A stretch of 64,000 nt of DNA, from assembly GCA_016125275.1 (NCBI GenBank), contig WGMB01000002.1:253231-317230 (forward strand), written 5' to 3'. The translations under genes were made by a program, and so were the position numbers. Position 1 is the stretch's first letter, and each line of letters begins with the position of its first letter. Source of the DNA: Acidobacteriota bacterium. Lineage in GTDB: Bacteria > Acidobacteriota > Terriglobia > Bryobacterales > UBA6623. The notes below the pieces were generated by a model, which saw only the letters and a program-made list of their open reading frames with translations, searched no databases and was not told where the DNA came from. Of this stretch, positions 62,567-64,000 are shown piece after piece.

Positions 62567-62722
62567 ATGCCGAAGAGAACGTTTCAACCCAACCGTCGGC
62601 GGCGCTCCAAGACGCACGGCTTTCGCGCGCGGATGAAGACCGTGGGCGGCCGTCGCGTGCTGGCGGCTCGCCGCGCCAAGGGGCGTCATGCCCTCACCGT
62701 CAGCGACGAGCGCCAGGGCTGA
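62567..62722 (+). CDS. rpmH: 50S ribosomal protein L34
   Basis: [45 protein letters not shown].... Not in the ORF track (<60 aa). Confidence 0.9.
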   Translation: MPKRTFQPNRRRRSKTHGFRARMKTVGGRRVLAARRAKGRHALTVSDERQG

Positions 62723-63134
62723 GCTTCCGGCTGAGTCGGTCGACCAGCGCTTCCCGAAATCGCGGCGCTTGCTGCGGCGCTCGCAGTTCCGAGCCGTTTA
62801 TGACGCCGGCTCGAGGCTGCCGGGCCCCTACTTTCTCATCTTCTGGCGTGATCGCCAGGATGCAGAGCCCAGCTTGGTCGGCCTCACGGCCTCGCGCAAG
62901 GTCGGCAAGGCGGTGGTCCGCAACCGAGGCAAGCGATTGATCCGCGAAGCCGCGCGGCGCCACTGGGACGCTTTTCCGGCCGGCTGCGACATCATCTTCC
63001 ACCTTCGCCGAGACATCCGCGGCGCCGTGTTCGAGCACGTCGAGGGCGAGCTTCTACGTCTGCTCGGCAAGCTATCTCGACGGCGCGAAGAGCTCCCGGC
63101 CGCGCCTCCTCCAGCTACAGTAAAGAAGCAGTGA
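62688..63134 (+). CDS. rnpA: RNase P protein component (start uncertain)
   Basis: [18 protein letters not shown]...[25 protein letters not shown]. Lies directly after rpmH. Confidence 0.85.
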   Translation: MPSPSATSARAELPAESVDQRFPKSRRLLRRSQFRAVYDAGSRLPGPYFLIFWRDRQDAEPSLVGLTASRKVGKAVVRNRGKRLIREAARRHWDAFPAGCDIIFHLRRDIRGAVFEHVEGELLRLLGKLSRRREELPAAPPPATVKKQ

Positions 63135-63355
63135 ATTGGGGCCAGAAGATCGTCGTCTTCCTACTGCTGTTCTACAAGACTCAGCTTTCGCCGTTCCTTC
63201 CTTCAGCGTGCAAGTATCAACCAACCTGTTCGATGTACGCTAAGGAAGTGGTGGAGAGATTCGGGGTCCTCAAGGGCCTCTGGTTGACGACCCTCCGCCT
63301 GCTGCGTTGTAACCCGTTCGCCCGCGGCGGCTACGACCCGGCGCCCGATGCCTGA
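63131..63355 (+). CDS. yidD: Membrane protein insertion efficiency factor YidD
   Basis: YKTQLSPFLPSACKYQPTCSMYAKEVVERFGVLKGLWLTTLRLLRCNPFARGGYDP. Confidence 0.9.
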   Translation: MNWGQKIVVFLLLFYKTQLSPFLPSACKYQPTCSMYAKEVVERFGVLKGLWLTTLRLLRCNPFARGGYDPAPDA

Positions 63356-63363
63356 TCACCCCG

Positions 63364-64000
63364 ATGCCTGATCACAATGACGAACAGTTCGTGCAGCGCC
63401 GCCTGCTGCTGGCCTCCCTGCTTTCGGCGGCGGTGATTCTGGGATATTTTTACACCCAGTCGTTGTTTGCGCCCCCCGCTCCGGCTCCCGAGCCGGGCGG
63501 TGAGACGGCCGCCATCGAACAGCCCGCTACCCCGCAGAGCCCCACGCCGGCCGCAGAGCCCGACGCCGCCGCAGAGCCCACGGACGGCCCTGAGATAGCC
63601 GCCGCGAACGGTCCCGAACAGGTCGTCGCGGCATCCGAGCAAGAGATCGTCGTCGAGTCCGACGCCTTTCGCGCAGTCTTCTCCAACCGCGGCGCAGTGG
63701 TCAAGAGCTGGACGCTCAAGAACTACAAGAGCTCCGCCGGCGAGCCCCTCGACCTGGTCAACCAAGAGGGCGCCAAGGAGCACGGCTTCCCTTTCACCTT
63801 CGTCGACTCCGGCGGAGAGAAGATCCCGGCCGTCGCCGACGCCCTGTTTCGCGTGAACGAAGGTCCCGCTGAGCGCATGGCGCCGACGACGCTCGAGTTC
63901 GAGCTGGTCCACAACGGCGTGCGCGCCCGCAAGACCTTTCACTTCGACAAACAAGGCTACGTCTTCGAGGTGAACTCGGAGCTGACCCAGAACGGGACCG
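63364..64000 (+). CDS. yidC: Membrane insertase YidC (3' end outside window)
   Basis: Open frame from ATG 63364 to the window end. TM segment RRLLLASLLSAAVILGYFY, followed by the periplasmic domain ...VESDAFRAVFSNRGAVVKSWTLKNYK.... Synteny rpmH-rnpA-yidD-yidC. Confidence 0.8.
   Translation, partial: MPDHNDEQFVQRRLLLASLLSAAVILGYFYTQSLFAPPAPAPEPGGETAAIEQPATPQSPTPAAEPDAAAEPTDGPEIAAANGPEQVVAASEQEIVVESDAFRAVFSNRGAVVKSWTLKNYKSSAGEPLDLVNQEGAKEHGFPFTFVDSGGEKIPAVADALFRVNEGPAERMAPTTLEFELVHNGVRARKTFHFDKQGYVFEVNSELTQNGT

Overview
High-G+C bacterial chromosome segment. The gene content (a CarboxypepD_reg/TonB-type giant outer-membrane protein, DUF3857/3858 transglutaminase paralogs, an FHA-GAF-PP2C regulator) suggests Acidobacteriota; this is inference only.

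The dominant feature is a complete 43.3-kb Mu-type transposable prophage at nt 2113-45412. Its junctions can be read directly. A 5-bp direct repeat (GTAAG) flanks it, and deleting the element rejoins a transglutaminase-like gene exactly at its catalytic G-D-C-K|D-K motif. Both ends carry inverted GTGGCAAA transposase-site repeats.

Prophage layout:
- Minus-strand repressor-side operon, 2361-5707.
- Divergent switch, 5708-5806.
- Early operon: Ner-like protein, DDE transposase A, MuB-like ATPase, Gam-like and GemA-like proteins, and many small Cys-rich ORFs.
- Late operon from 15280: small and large terminase, DUF935 portal, MuF, protease/scaffold, DUF2190 decoration protein, E-type capsid, connectors, tail, tape measure, and L/J-like tip proteins.

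Observations that stand out:
1. Six late/tail-fibre-like proteins begin with Sec-type signal peptides.
2. A 5.6-kb block is wedged between the tape measure and the tip genes.
3. Five co-oriented heptanucleotide tandem arrays lie at module boundaries.
4. A structured non-coding island of about 620 nt lies in the left arm.
5. The repressor-side cassette ends in a RelE/HigB-like toxin.
6. The MuF protein is fused to an HExxH domain and is followed by a very acidic small ORF.

Right of the prophage the genes are ordinary chromosomal ones: FHA-GAF-PP2C, HDOD, sulfatase, speA, amidase, an aldo/keto reductase, a PA-domain metalloprotease, a TonB-type receptor, and rpmH-rnpA-yidD-yidC.

All family assignments come from motif recognition by eye. 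No database or HMM search was run. Many long antisense ORFs in the track are high-G+C artefacts.
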